Shown here one piece after another: positions 28,794-37,214 of a stretch of 64,000 nucleotides of DNA. The notes beneath the pieces were generated by a model. That model was not told where the DNA came from, ran no database searches, and saw only the letters and a list, made by a program, of their open reading frames with translations. How positions within the stretch are numbered: position 1 is the stretch's first letter; each line of letters starts with the position of its first letter. Position numbers and translations under genes: made by a program. This DNA comes from Planctomycetia bacterium (GTDB lineage: Bacteria; Planctomycetota; Planctomycetia; Pirellulales; UBA1268): the NCBI GenBank assembly GCA_026401075.1, contig JAPLNQ010000237.1, positions 28,790 through 92,789 on the forward strand. The letters run 5' to 3'.

Positions 28794-29258
28794 ATGTCGC
28801 GACCCATCATTCTCGTTCCCACCGATTTCTCGACCGCCAGCGACGCGGCGCTTCCGCAAGCGGAGGCGCTGGCCAAGCAAAAGTCGGCGTCGCTGTTGAT
28901 CCTCCACGTGGAGGAGCCGCCTTTGGCGTATGGCAGTGGCGAACTCTACTACGGGCTGCCCGAGCCCAATTCGGAGCGGATTCTCAAGATGCTGGAAGAC
29001 GTGAGGCCCGCCGATCAGACTGTGGCATTCACGCACCGGCTCACCATGGGTGATCCCGCCGGCGAGATCGTCCGGATCGCGGCCGAGGAGGGGGTCGAGA
29101 TGATCGTGCTCGGCACGCACGGCCGGTCCGGCCTGACCCGCATGCTCATGGGCAGCGTGGCGGAGGCCGTCGTCAGACGGGCGCCCTGCCCGGTGCTTGT
29201 CTATCGGGTGGCAGCGGAGACACTGGTGGGACGGAGGGCTGAAGCGCTCCACCTCTGA
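28794..29258 (+). CDS. universal stress protein (UspA family)
   Basis: GGAGG RBS. ILVPTDFS...LLILHV...MIVLGTHGRSGLTRMLMGSVAEAVVRRAPCPVLV. Confidence 0.85.
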   Translation: MSRPIILVPTDFSTASDAALPQAEALAKQKSASLLILHVEEPPLAYGSGELYYGLPEPNSERILKMLEDVRPADQTVAFTHRLTMGDPAGEIVRIAAEEGVEMIVLGTHGRSGLTRMLMGSVAEAVVRRAPCPVLVYRVAAETLVGRRAEALHL

Positions 29259-29283
29259 CGATACGCGGAAAGTCTCGCATCGC

Positions 29284-30231
29284 ATGTCGACACGGCGAAT
29301 CCTCGAACTCCGCAGCAGGATCCGCGCGGGGCTGCGCGACGTGTTCGATCAACTGGGGTTCGTCGAGGTCGACACGCCGGTGCTCTCGCCCGAGGTGCTG
29401 CCTGAGGCGCATATCGATCCGATTGCCGTGCATGTCGACGGCCCGGATCGACCTCCACACTATCTCCAGGCAAGCCCTGAGGCACTGATGAAGCGGCTGC
29501 TGGCAGCCGACTCGGGGCCGATCTATCAGTTTGCCCGGTCGTTCCGTGCTGGCGAGCGTGGCAGGCAGCATGATGTCGAGTTCGTGCTTCTGGAGTGGTA
29601 TGCCCCCGGCACGACGCTGACCGATGCCGCCACCCTTCTGGAGCGACTCTGCCGCACGGCACTGGGCACAAGCGGCGTCGAACGGATCACCTGTTCGCGC
29701 GCCTTTGGCGAGTGGGCGGGCGTCGATCCGCTCTCCGCGACGCTCGCTGATCTCGCCGCGGCCGGCAGGCGTGCGGGTCTCGAGCCGGTGCCGGAAATGG
29801 ACCGCGATCCTCCCGACCAGCAATGGGATCGCTGGTTTGAACGACTGCTCGCCGAGGTGATCACGCCGCGGCTGGGACACGAACGGCCCACGATGCTCGA
29901 GGCATGGCCGGTCTCGCAGGCGGCCTTCGCCCGCATCGATCCCGACGATCCGCGGGCGGCTCGGCGGTTCGAACTCTTCTTCACCGGCGTGGAACTGGCC
30001 AATGGCTGGGAGGAAGAGACCAGTCGGTCAGTGCTCGAGACCCGGATCGAAGCCGCCAACCGGATCCGCGCGGCGGATGGGCGGGCCGTCCTGCCATCAC
30101 CGCGGCGGCTCCTCGCCGCCCATGGTCCGGCGATGCCCGAGGGGGTCGGCGCCGCACTCGGGTTCGACAGGCTCGTGATGCTCGCGGCCGGTGCCGATTC
30201 GATCGACGCCGTCCGCTGCTTCAGGGAATAG
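29284..30231 (+). CDS. epmA: EF-P beta-lysine ligase (class II LysRS paralogue, GenX/PoxA)
   Basis: ORF 29197..30231(+), start at in-frame ATG 29284. It is collinear by eye with E. coli EpmA: FVEVDTP, YLQASPEALMKRLLA, QFARSFRAGERGRQHDVEFVLLEWY, ELANGWEE, GAALGFDRLVMLA. Confidence 0.8.
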   Translation: MSTRRILELRSRIRAGLRDVFDQLGFVEVDTPVLSPEVLPEAHIDPIAVHVDGPDRPPHYLQASPEALMKRLLAADSGPIYQFARSFRAGERGRQHDVEFVLLEWYAPGTTLTDAATLLERLCRTALGTSGVERITCSRAFGEWAGVDPLSATLADLAAAGRRAGLEPVPEMDRDPPDQQWDRWFERLLAEVITPRLGHERPTMLEAWPVSQAAFARIDPDDPRAARRFELFFTGVELANGWEEETSRSVLETRIEAANRIRAADGRAVLPSPRRLLAAHGPAMPEGVGAALGFDRLVMLAAGADSIDAVRCFRE

Positions 30232-30238
30232 CGTCTTC

Positions 30239-30308
30239 AAAAAGGGGACGCAGCTCTTTTCAGAAACAGAAAAGAGCCCAGGCCCAGAAAAGAGCTGCGT
30301 CCCCTTTT
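30239..30308. terminator. long hairpin (22-bp perfect stem) between convergent genes, family 3
   Basis: aaaaggggacgcagctcttttc ... gaaaagagctgcgtcccctttt, with A/T runs on both sides. This could be a bidirectional terminator. Confidence 0.6.
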
Positions 30309-30322
30309 CGCGTGCGGCTGGC

Positions 30323-31018
30323 TTACGGCCCGAGGTCGATCTTCGTGATCGTCCAACGCTCCACGCGCCGCTTCTGCTCGTTCACGACGACGGGCACGAG
30401 CTGCAGACGTACATCCACGGCGTCGCCACCGGCACAGGGCGACAGTCGGATCTGCACGCACCAGTCATTCCCCGTCTCCTCGTCGCGACCAGTGGACCGC
30501 ACGTCGCGAACGGCCGCGGTGCCACAGCCGAGGATCGCCGACACCGCGGGCAAAGACTCGATGGCAACGGCCGTGCTATCGGCGTGGGCGTGGTGCTCAT
30601 GATGCTCCGGTTCGCCAGGCCGATGGCCGTCCCCATGAGAGGGCGGCAGCAGATGCTGGCCAAGCATGCTCTGGGCAGCGGAGAGTCGCTTTTCGCCGAG
30701 GGCGTCGAGCCACGCATGGGCCACCCCCTGGGCGCGCCGCTCCATGATTGATCTCGTGAACAGGCTCGCCGTCACGGCCTGAACGCCGAATCCCACGGAC
30801 AGGGCGAGGCCCACCAATGCGGCCGCCCGCCCCGCCTTCTCCGCACCCAACCGCATGACATCCGCCAGTCCCACGAGAGCGATCGCCGTGCCCGCCAACG
30901 GCAGGACCCAGAGCAACGGAGTCGTGATCGCCAGGCTCGACAGCACGCCCAGCACTGCCGCCGCCACGGCCAGTTTGCTCACCGGGCGGTAGCTGATTAT
31001 TTCAGCAGACGCTTTCAT
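30323..31018 (-). CDS. hypothetical membrane protein (2-3 TM N-terminus, His-rich loop, soluble C-terminal domain)
   Basis: ORF 30323..31018(-). TM helices LAVAAAVLGVLSSLAITTPLLWVLPLAGTAIALVGL. HGDGHRPGEPEHHEHHAHAD stretch. Last gene of the pilT block. Confidence 0.6.
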   Translation of the reverse strand: MKASAEIISYRPVSKLAVAAAVLGVLSSLAITTPLLWVLPLAGTAIALVGLADVMRLGAEKAGRAAALVGLALSVGFGVQAVTASLFTRSIMERRAQGVAHAWLDALGEKRLSAAQSMLGQHLLPPSHGDGHRPGEPEHHEHHAHADSTAVAIESLPAVSAILGCGTAAVRDVRSTGRDEETGNDWCVQIRLSPCAGGDAVDVRLQLVPVVVNEQKRRVERWTITKIDLGP

Positions 31019-31024
31019 GGAAGA

Positions 31025-31615
31025 TCACTTCGCCGCGGTGCGAAGCCCTGGTTCCCCCTCGAGTTTCAGCCGCCTGTCCGCATACCGCAGGATGAAGTCC
31101 GCGTCCTGATCGAATGCATGGTCGGGCCAGGCGAACGGTCCCGTCCGCGAACTGCCGCGCACCCAGCCCAGCCACTTGCGGTCGGGAGCGAGCCCCAGAA
31201 ACATCCGCGCCTCTGGCGTCGGCTGCACGAGGCTGCGGGGCACGGGAGCCGTATGCAGCGTCGCCGCAGTGAATGCCATCAGCACCCAGCCCGTCAGGAA
31301 CGCCGGAATCCCCACGCCGATCCGTTCCACCAGTTGTGGAAATTCCACGTTGTTGGGTGACAGGCGGTCGGTCGCCTCACGCGCCAAGGCGAGCACCACG
31401 CAAAAAATCAGCCAGATCGACAGGAAGTCGAGCAGGTAGGTGTAGCTGGCGAGATGCCCTTCGAGGAATTGTGCCAGCGGCGCAAACCACGCCGTGGCGA
31501 TGGAGGCCGCCAGCAGCACGTTGAAAAACATCAGCAGTGATCGCCACAAGCCTTCACGCACCAGCATGCCGGTGACGGCGGCGAGGATCGCAAGGAGCAT
31601 GAGCGTGATGATCAT
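31025..31615 (-). CDS. CvpA-like integral membrane protein
   Basis: Four predicted TM helices. The N-terminal pattern MIITLMLLAILAAVTGMLVREGLWRSLLMFFNVLLAASIA resembles the CvpA family. It overlaps the upstream stop by 4 nt (ATGA). Confidence 0.45.
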   Translation of the reverse strand: MIITLMLLAILAAVTGMLVREGLWRSLLMFFNVLLAASIATAWFAPLAQFLEGHLASYTYLLDFLSIWLIFCVVLALAREATDRLSPNNVEFPQLVERIGVGIPAFLTGWVLMAFTAATLHTAPVPRSLVQPTPEARMFLGLAPDRKWLGWVRGSSRTGPFAWPDHAFDQDADFILRYADRRLKLEGEPGLRTAAK

Positions 31616-33546
31616 TTCTTATCTCCCGGCTGGGCTCCCTTCTTGGGAACGGGCTTGGACCCGGCTCTGGGGACGGCTTGGGGAACGGCCTTGGAGGCAG
31701 CCGGCGTCCCGGCCTCCTTTTTCGTCCCGAAGACCCTCTGTATTTCGTCGAGCGAAGTCAGTCCTGCCGCCACGACCGCCAGTCCCTCTTCGCTCAAGGG
31801 ACGCATGCCATCCTTGACAGCTGCCTGCCGCAGCACCTTGGCATCCACCTCTTTCGCAATCGCCTGCCTGACTGTGGGACCGGCGGCAAGCTCGAAGATG
31901 GCCGTGCGGCCGACGAACTGCCGCCCGGCGCAGAACCGACAGCCTCCGTGCGGAGACGCCCGCTTGATCTCGGGCAACTCTTCGGCGGTGACTTTAAGCC
32001 GCTGCAACAGCTCGGGCGGCGTGGGCAACACCTCACCGCACTTCATGCAGAGCTTGCGAATGATCCGCTGGGACAGCGAGCCAAGGAGGCACCTCGCGAG
32101 TTGGTCCCGGGGAATACCCATATCGAGCAGCTTCTGGACGGCATCGAGCGCGTCGGCCGCCTGCAGGCACACAATGACGAACTGCTGGTCGTTGGCGAGC
32201 TCCGCGAGCTTGACGGCCATTTCCTTATCGACCAGGTCGCGCGTCACAATCGCGCGGGGATATTCGAGCAACGCAGCCTTGAGCGCCGATAGCGGTACCT
32301 CGCCCGCCGCCGCGGAATACCGCACCGGCTTGATGTTTTGCACCTCCTGGTGAGGAATGCCGCTGTCTTCGATCGACACGAAATCCCGCAACAGACGGTC
32401 GGTCGACGACAGCACCATGTCGAACGTCGTCGAGCAGCCGGTGGCCGGCGGCGACGACACCACGAATAGACCCTTCTCCAAGGCGATCAGTTCGCGCACT
32501 CGCGCAGCCATCGCCCCCGACATGCCGAGATCCTCGAGCTTCTTGGGAGCAAAGGGGGGTATTTCGAGCGTGATGACGACCTGCTTGGCGGTCTTCGTGG
32601 CCCGCGTGGAGAGCCGGCACGGCCGCTTCTTGCCGTCGACTTCGATTGTGAAGCCGGCATCCTTTTCACCACTGAGCTTGGCGGCCTCGGCCCCGGCAAT
32701 GGTCCGCAACACCGCCAACCCCGCGTTACCGATGGTCGCGTCGAGCGGCGGCGCATCGGCCCAGACTTCGGCCTGCTTCGATTTTCCCGAGCCCTTCGCC
32801 GGCGTCTTCACGGCCCGCGATGGGCCCGTAATCCCGTCGACTGCATGCCCCACCCTGATCCCGTCAGCAGCGGCCTCGATGATCATCGTCGAGGCTCGAG
32901 CGGCCGCCGCCTCCTGGAGCAGCTTCTTGGCTGTTTCGAAGCCCGGCATGGCCGCGGCCCCCTCCTGCCATTTCTGGTTTTCTTCCGGCGTCTCCGCGGC
33001 CGTGGCGACCAGCGTGACCCACGGCAGTCCGTTGTCCATAATCGCTGGTGCCTTCACCTTGACGCCCATCAGCTTCAATCCGGCGCTCAACGCCCGCCGC
33101 AGGTGGGCGATCGTGAATATGCTTTCCGCCGGGGGCGCCTTGGGATTTCGAACACGGCTATAGAGAAAGAGCGGCAAAAGCCAGGCGAGTGCCATCAGGG
33201 CCTGCCCGGCGGCCGACCAAGGGATCCACCAGGCGAGCAAGCTGCACGCCACGAATGGAAAGACCGCACACGCCGTCCAGAATTCAGGCCGGATCTTGAA
33301 CCGGGCGCTGTCGCGGAAGATCCAGTCGCTGGTAGCGGCCCAGGCGGCGATCCACGCCCACCAGCAGACCAACGGCAGAATCGCGAGGCCGCCCGCTGCA
33401 TCACGCGTCAGCCACTCCGGGCTCGTCCCCGGCCACGCGTCGTCGGCCCGCGCCACAACGGCCGACACTGCGAACATGCAGCCTGCATGCCCCGCCATGG
33501 CGAATCTTTGTGACCTCCAAGGCATCGCGCCGGCTCCTTCAGCCAT
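31612..33546 (-). CDS. membrane-anchored GspE/PilB-family protein with degenerate ATPase motifs (predicted pseudo-ATPase)
   Basis: N-terminal about 130 aa with about 4 TM helices. GspE-like blocks ASTMIIEAAADGIRVGHAVDG, RLSTRAT, CMKCGE...CRFCAG. Walker A reads SPPATGCS, the Asp box reads EDSGI, RQDPD reads LEYPR, and the His box reads DQQFVIVCLQA. The start overlaps the pilT stop (TGATG). Confidence 0.7.
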   Translation of the reverse strand: MAEGAGAMPWRSQRFAMAGHAGCMFAVSAVVARADDAWPGTSPEWLTRDAAGGLAILPLVCWWAWIAAWAATSDWIFRDSARFKIRPEFWTACAVFPFVACSLLAWWIPWSAAGQALMALAWLLPLFLYSRVRNPKAPPAESIFTIAHLRRALSAGLKLMGVKVKAPAIMDNGLPWVTLVATAAETPEENQKWQEGAAAMPGFETAKKLLQEAAAARASTMIIEAAADGIRVGHAVDGITGPSRAVKTPAKGSGKSKQAEVWADAPPLDATIGNAGLAVLRTIAGAEAAKLSGEKDAGFTIEVDGKKRPCRLSTRATKTAKQVVITLEIPPFAPKKLEDLGMSGAMAARVRELIALEKGLFVVSSPPATGCSTTFDMVLSSTDRLLRDFVSIEDSGIPHQEVQNIKPVRYSAAAGEVPLSALKAALLEYPRAIVTRDLVDKEMAVKLAELANDQQFVIVCLQAADALDAVQKLLDMGIPRDQLARCLLGSLSQRIIRKLCMKCGEVLPTPPELLQRLKVTAEELPEIKRASPHGGCRFCAGRQFVGRTAIFELAAGPTVRQAIAKEVDAKVLRQAAVKDGMRPLSEEGLAVVAAGLTSLDEIQRVFGTKKEAGTPAASKAVPQAVPRAGSKPVPKKGAQPGDKK

Positions 33547-34748
33547 CAGCTAATGCCCTTCAGCGCCATGACCAGCGCCTCGCGGTTGGGCGCGATCTCG
33601 AGGGCATCGTGGCGGTCGATGAGCCCCAGATCGATGAGGCTCTTGAGACTTTGCGTGAAATCCTGCATGCCGTCCTTCACCGACTTCTTGATGTGGTCGG
33701 CGATCAGGTGATCTTGCTCCTCCAGCACATATTTCCGGATCAGCACGTCGATGAACATGACCTCGACGACCGGCACGCGGCTCACGCCGGGCTTGATCGA
33801 CTTGAGCAGTTTCTGGGCCACGATCCCCTTCATGTTGAAGGCGATGGCACTGCGGATGGAGGGATGCTCCTCCTGCGGAAACAGGTCGAGGATGCGGCCG
33901 ATGCAGCTCGACGCGCTGGCGGCGTGGATCGTGCCGAACACGAGGTGGCCCGTTTCAGCCGCGTGGATCGCCGTCTTGAACGTCTCCACGTCTCGAAGCT
34001 CGCCCACGAGGATGATGTCTGGGTCCTCGCGGACGGCATGCTTCATGCCGATCTCGAAGTTCCGCACGTCGTTGCCGATCTCACGCTGGTTGATCAGGCA
34101 CTTGTCCTCGGTGAAAACGAATTCGATCGGATCCTCGAGGGTGAGGATGTGCTTGCGGTAGTTTCGGTTGATGTAGTTGAGCATCGACCCGATCGTCGTG
34201 CTCTTGCCGGAGCCCGTCACGCCCGCGAGCAGCACCATGCCCTGGTCGAGCTGGCAGAGCCGCTCGATCGCGGGCGGCAGGAAGAGCTTCTCGAAATCGG
34301 GGATCGTGTTGTTGACGCGGCGGGCCACGAGGCCCCAGGCGCCCTGCTGCGTGAGCATGTTGATGCGGAACCGCCACCGCACGCCATCAACGACACAGGT
34401 GTGCGCGAAGTCGGCGCCGCCGTCGGTGTCGAAGATGCCCCGTTGCCGCGGGTTCATGATCGGCGCACAGAGCCGTTTCATCTGCTCGGCGTTAATCGGC
34501 GGATACTTCAGCGGCTGAAGCGAGCCCTTCACCCGCATGTAGGGCGGCTTGTCGACCTTGAGGTGCAGGTCGCTGCCGTTGAGCTTGACCATGGCCTCGA
34601 ACAGCCGGTCGATCTCCAGGCCGGCCGGCTCGATCGCCACGGGTGGCGTCGAGGCCGCGGAAACTGGAGCAGACTCTGGAGCCGCGGCAAGCGGGCTGCC
34701 GGATGATGCTGACTCAGACGGTGCGGTCGCGGGGTCGAGTGTCGCCAT
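33546..34748 (-). CDS. pilT: type IV pilus retraction ATPase PilT/PilU family
   Basis: Walker [46 protein letters not shown]. It has an Ala/Pro/Ser-rich N-terminal extension of about 45 aa. Confidence 0.85.
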   Translation of the reverse strand: MATLDPATAPSESASSGSPLAAAPESAPVSAASTPPVAIEPAGLEIDRLFEAMVKLNGSDLHLKVDKPPYMRVKGSLQPLKYPPINAEQMKRLCAPIMNPRQRGIFDTDGGADFAHTCVVDGVRWRFRINMLTQQGAWGLVARRVNNTIPDFEKLFLPPAIERLCQLDQGMVLLAGVTGSGKSTTIGSMLNYINRNYRKHILTLEDPIEFVFTEDKCLINQREIGNDVRNFEIGMKHAVREDPDIILVGELRDVETFKTAIHAAETGHLVFGTIHAASASSCIGRILDLFPQEEHPSIRSAIAFNMKGIVAQKLLKSIKPGVSRVPVVEVMFIDVLIRKYVLEEQDHLIADHIKKSVKDGMQDFTQSLKSLIDLGLIDRHDALEIAPNREALVMALKGIS

Positions 34749-35529
34749 GGTTCGTCGTCGCCACAGGTCTGACGGGGATCCCCCGCCGCTGGAATAATTC
34801 CTTTACCTCCCGGATCGTACACTCTCCGAAGTGGAAGATGCCAGCGGCCAGCGCCGCATCCGCTCCACCCTGCTCAATCGCATCCGCGAGGTGCTCCGGT
34901 CGGCCCGCTCCACCACTGGCCACGACGGGAATCCCCACCGCCCGACTGACCGCGGCCGTGATCTCCAGATCGTAGCCGTCGCGGGTGCCATCCCGGTCCA
35001 TGCAGGTTAGCACGATCTCCCCTGCTCCGAGCAACTCCACCCGTCGGGCCCAGTCGACCGCCTCCAGCCCCGTCGGCACCCGGCCGCCGTTGACGAACAC
35101 CTCCCAGATCTCACGGCCATCCCTCACGACCCGTTTAGGATCGATGTTCACGACCGTCGCGCAGCTGCCGAGCCGGTCGGCCACCGCCGTGATCAGCTCC
35201 GGCGTCCGCACGGCGGAGGAGTTGATACTCACCTTCTCGGCGCCGGCGTGGATGAGCCGCACCGCATCGTCGAGCGTGCGGATGCCGCCGCCAACGGTGA
35301 ACGGCATGAAGATGGTCTCCGACACGCGGCGGACCACGTCGAGCATGATCGCGCGGCCCTCGTGGCTGGCGGTGATATCGAGGAAGACGAGTTCGTCGGC
35401 TCCCTCCGCCTCGTAGCGGGCCGCCACCGAGACGGGGTCCCCGGCATCGACGAGGTCGAGAAACCGCGTGCCCTTCACGACCCGGCCGCGTTCGACATCG
35501 AGGCAGGGGATGATGCGTTTGGCAAGCAT
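34714..35529 (-). CDS. hisF: imidazole glycerol phosphate synthase, cyclase subunit
   Basis: [20 protein letters not shown]...[11 protein letters not shown]...FTVGGGIR...ASGGAG. Its 3' end overlaps the pilT start by 35 nt. Confidence 0.9.
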   Translation of the reverse strand: MLAKRIIPCLDVERGRVVKGTRFLDLVDAGDPVSVAARYEAEGADELVFLDITASHEGRAIMLDVVRRVSETIFMPFTVGGGIRTLDDAVRLIHAGAEKVSINSSAVRTPELITAVADRLGSCATVVNIDPKRVVRDGREIWEVFVNGGRVPTGLEAVDWARRVELLGAGEIVLTCMDRDGTRDGYDLEITAAVSRAVGIPVVASGGAGRPEHLADAIEQGGADAALAAGIFHFGECTIREVKELFQRRGIPVRPVATTNHGDTRPRDRTV

Positions 35530-35544
35530 GGGTCGGTGGTGCCC

Positions 35545-36389
35545 TCAGGTGGGCCGTGCGACGGTCTCGGCCGGCCGCGTGATGCGGCCTTCGTCGGGGC
35601 TCGACGCGGTGGCGTAGAGCTTCTTCGGAATCCGTCCGGCCAGCCACGCCTGCCGGCCGGCGAAGCAGGCCGCCCGCATCGCCTGTGCCATCCGCAGCGG
35701 GTGGGCGGCATGGGCGATCGCCGTGTTGAGCAGCACGCCGTCGACACCCAATTCCATCGCCGCGGCCACGTCGCTGGCTGTGCCCACGCCCGCATCCACG
35801 ATGACCGGATAGTCGGGATCACCCTCCTTCAAATACTCCATGCAGATCCGCAGATTGTTGGCGTTGAGGATGCCCTGCCCGGAGCCGATCGGGCTGCCCG
35901 CCGGCATGACGCTGGCAGCCCCCAGATCCTTGAGGCGTTTTGCCACGACCGGATCGTCGCTGGTGTAGACGAGCACGGTGAATCCCTCCCTCACCAGCCG
36001 CTCGGTGGCCTCGAGCGTGCCGACGGGATCGGGCAAGAGCGTCCGCTTGTCGCCGAGGACCTCGAGCTTCACCCACTCGGCACCGGGGTTGCCCAGTTCG
36101 CGGAGCAGCTCGCGTTTTCGCCGGCGGCATTGATGAGCCGTTCGCGCCGTACCGCCACGGTGACACAATCCGTGCCGGAGGCCTCGAGGCACGTTTGCAT
36201 CTCGGCATGGCTCGCATATTTGCCCGTGCCCACGACCAGCCGGCTGGCCAAGGTCATCCCACCAACACGCAGCGGCTCATCGGCTGTGGCGAGGGCGGCT
36301 GCGGCGGCGGCTGGCACGGTGGCAGGCTGGGGCATGGTGTCGATGCGTGGGGTGAGATGGAAGAACGCGGCAGGGCGGCCGTCAGCCAC
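35545..36389 (-). pseudogene. thiG: thiazole synthase, frame broken near 36100 with the conserved LPNTAG block missing
   Basis: The N-terminus is in ORF 36069..36389(-) ([13 protein letters not shown]...[11 protein letters not shown]). The remainder is in ORF 35545..36192(-) ([17 protein letters not shown]...[14 protein letters not shown]...[10 protein letters not shown]...VLLNTAI). The join reads ..INAAGEN / [19 protein letters not shown]. Confidence 0.7.
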
Positions 36390-36600
36390 CGCCCACGAGC
36401 GTCACCAGTTCGAGGCGGTCGCCGGGCTGGAGTCTACAGTCTGCAAGCCGCGCACGCGGCACCACCTCTTCATTGACCTCCACGGCGAGCGGCCGGCCCG
36501 CGAGACCCAGTGCTTCGACCAAATCGCCGGCCGTCGAACCCATGGGCACCGCGCGGGACTCGCCGTTGACGATGACAGTGATTTCCAAAGGCTCTCCCAT
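36382..36600 (-). CDS. thiS: sulfur carrier protein ThiS
   Basis: 72 aa, ubiquitin-like pattern ending ...VTLVGGG*. Directly upstream of thiG. Confidence 0.8.
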   Translation of the reverse strand: MGEPLEITVIVNGESRAVPMGSTAGDLVEALGLAGRPLAVEVNEEVVPRARLADCRLQPGDRLELVTLVGGG

Positions 36601-36613
36601 CTTGGGGCGGTCC

Positions 36614-37189
36614 TTACTTCGCCTTGGCCCCGCCGCCCCGCGGCCGGGCGATGTCGAGGAGCACCAGCGGAGCCATCATCTGCGGCTGCTGCGCATTCCA
36701 GGGAATACCATACGCGGCCGTGGTGCCGGTGGACGAGTCGGTGACGTAGAGCACCGACGACGCGAGCGTCACCGTGCCGCGCCGCGGCTCCGCCACTCCC
36801 GAGACGAGCAGGAACTTGGGGTTCTTCGCCTGCCCGGCCTTGAAGCCCAGATCCTTGAGCACGTTGTGCTTGTAGGCGACGCCGAATTGCGCCGTACTGG
36901 GATTGAGCACACCACCCGAGAGGTCGCCCGTCTCGAAGTCGAGCATGAAGAATCCCTCGACGCCAACATCGAGGGGAACGGTGCAGACGGCGAACGATCC
37001 GTCCGACTGCGACGTGACGGCGGACACCCGCGGCAATTGCTCGGGCGATCCAAACCGGCCGCCGAGCACCATTCCACCGACTGCGGCCACCAACACAATC
37101 AACGTTCCCGCGGCACCTGCCGCCGTATCCCGCATCCGTGAACTCATTCTCAGAATCCTTTCTTTGTCGCCATCCATACCGTTGCTCAT
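36614..37189 (-). CDS. hypothetical single-pass membrane protein
   Basis: ORF 36614..37465(-). The first 92 codons are an out-of-frame read of the upstream gene's PA-rich tail, so the start is placed at ATG 37189 (alternatives 37177 and 37147). TM helix AAGAAGTLIVLVAAVGGMVLGG. Confidence 0.55.
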   Translation of the reverse strand: MSNGMDGDKERILRMSSRMRDTAAGAAGTLIVLVAAVGGMVLGGRFGSPEQLPRVSAVTSQSDGSFAVCTVPLDVGVEGFFMLDFETGDLSGGVLNPSTAQFGVAYKHNVLKDLGFKAGQAKNPKFLLVSGVAEPRRGTVTLASSVLYVTDSSTGTTAAYGIPWNAQQPQMMAPLVLLDIARPRGGGAKAK

Positions 37190-37214
37190 GCCGTCGGCTT
37201 CAACGGCGAGGTCT

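Noticed and set aside
32776-32796. KGSGKSK in the GspE-like protein as a relocated P-loop
   Set aside because: It does not fit GxxxxGK[ST] and sits in a low-complexity linker ahead of the ATPase-like domain.
36601-36613. TPP riboswitch upstream of thiS
   Set aside because: Only 13 nt separate thiS from the preceding gene, and no TPP-riboswitch-like sequence (CUGAGA...ACCUGAU) was seen in the neighbourhood.
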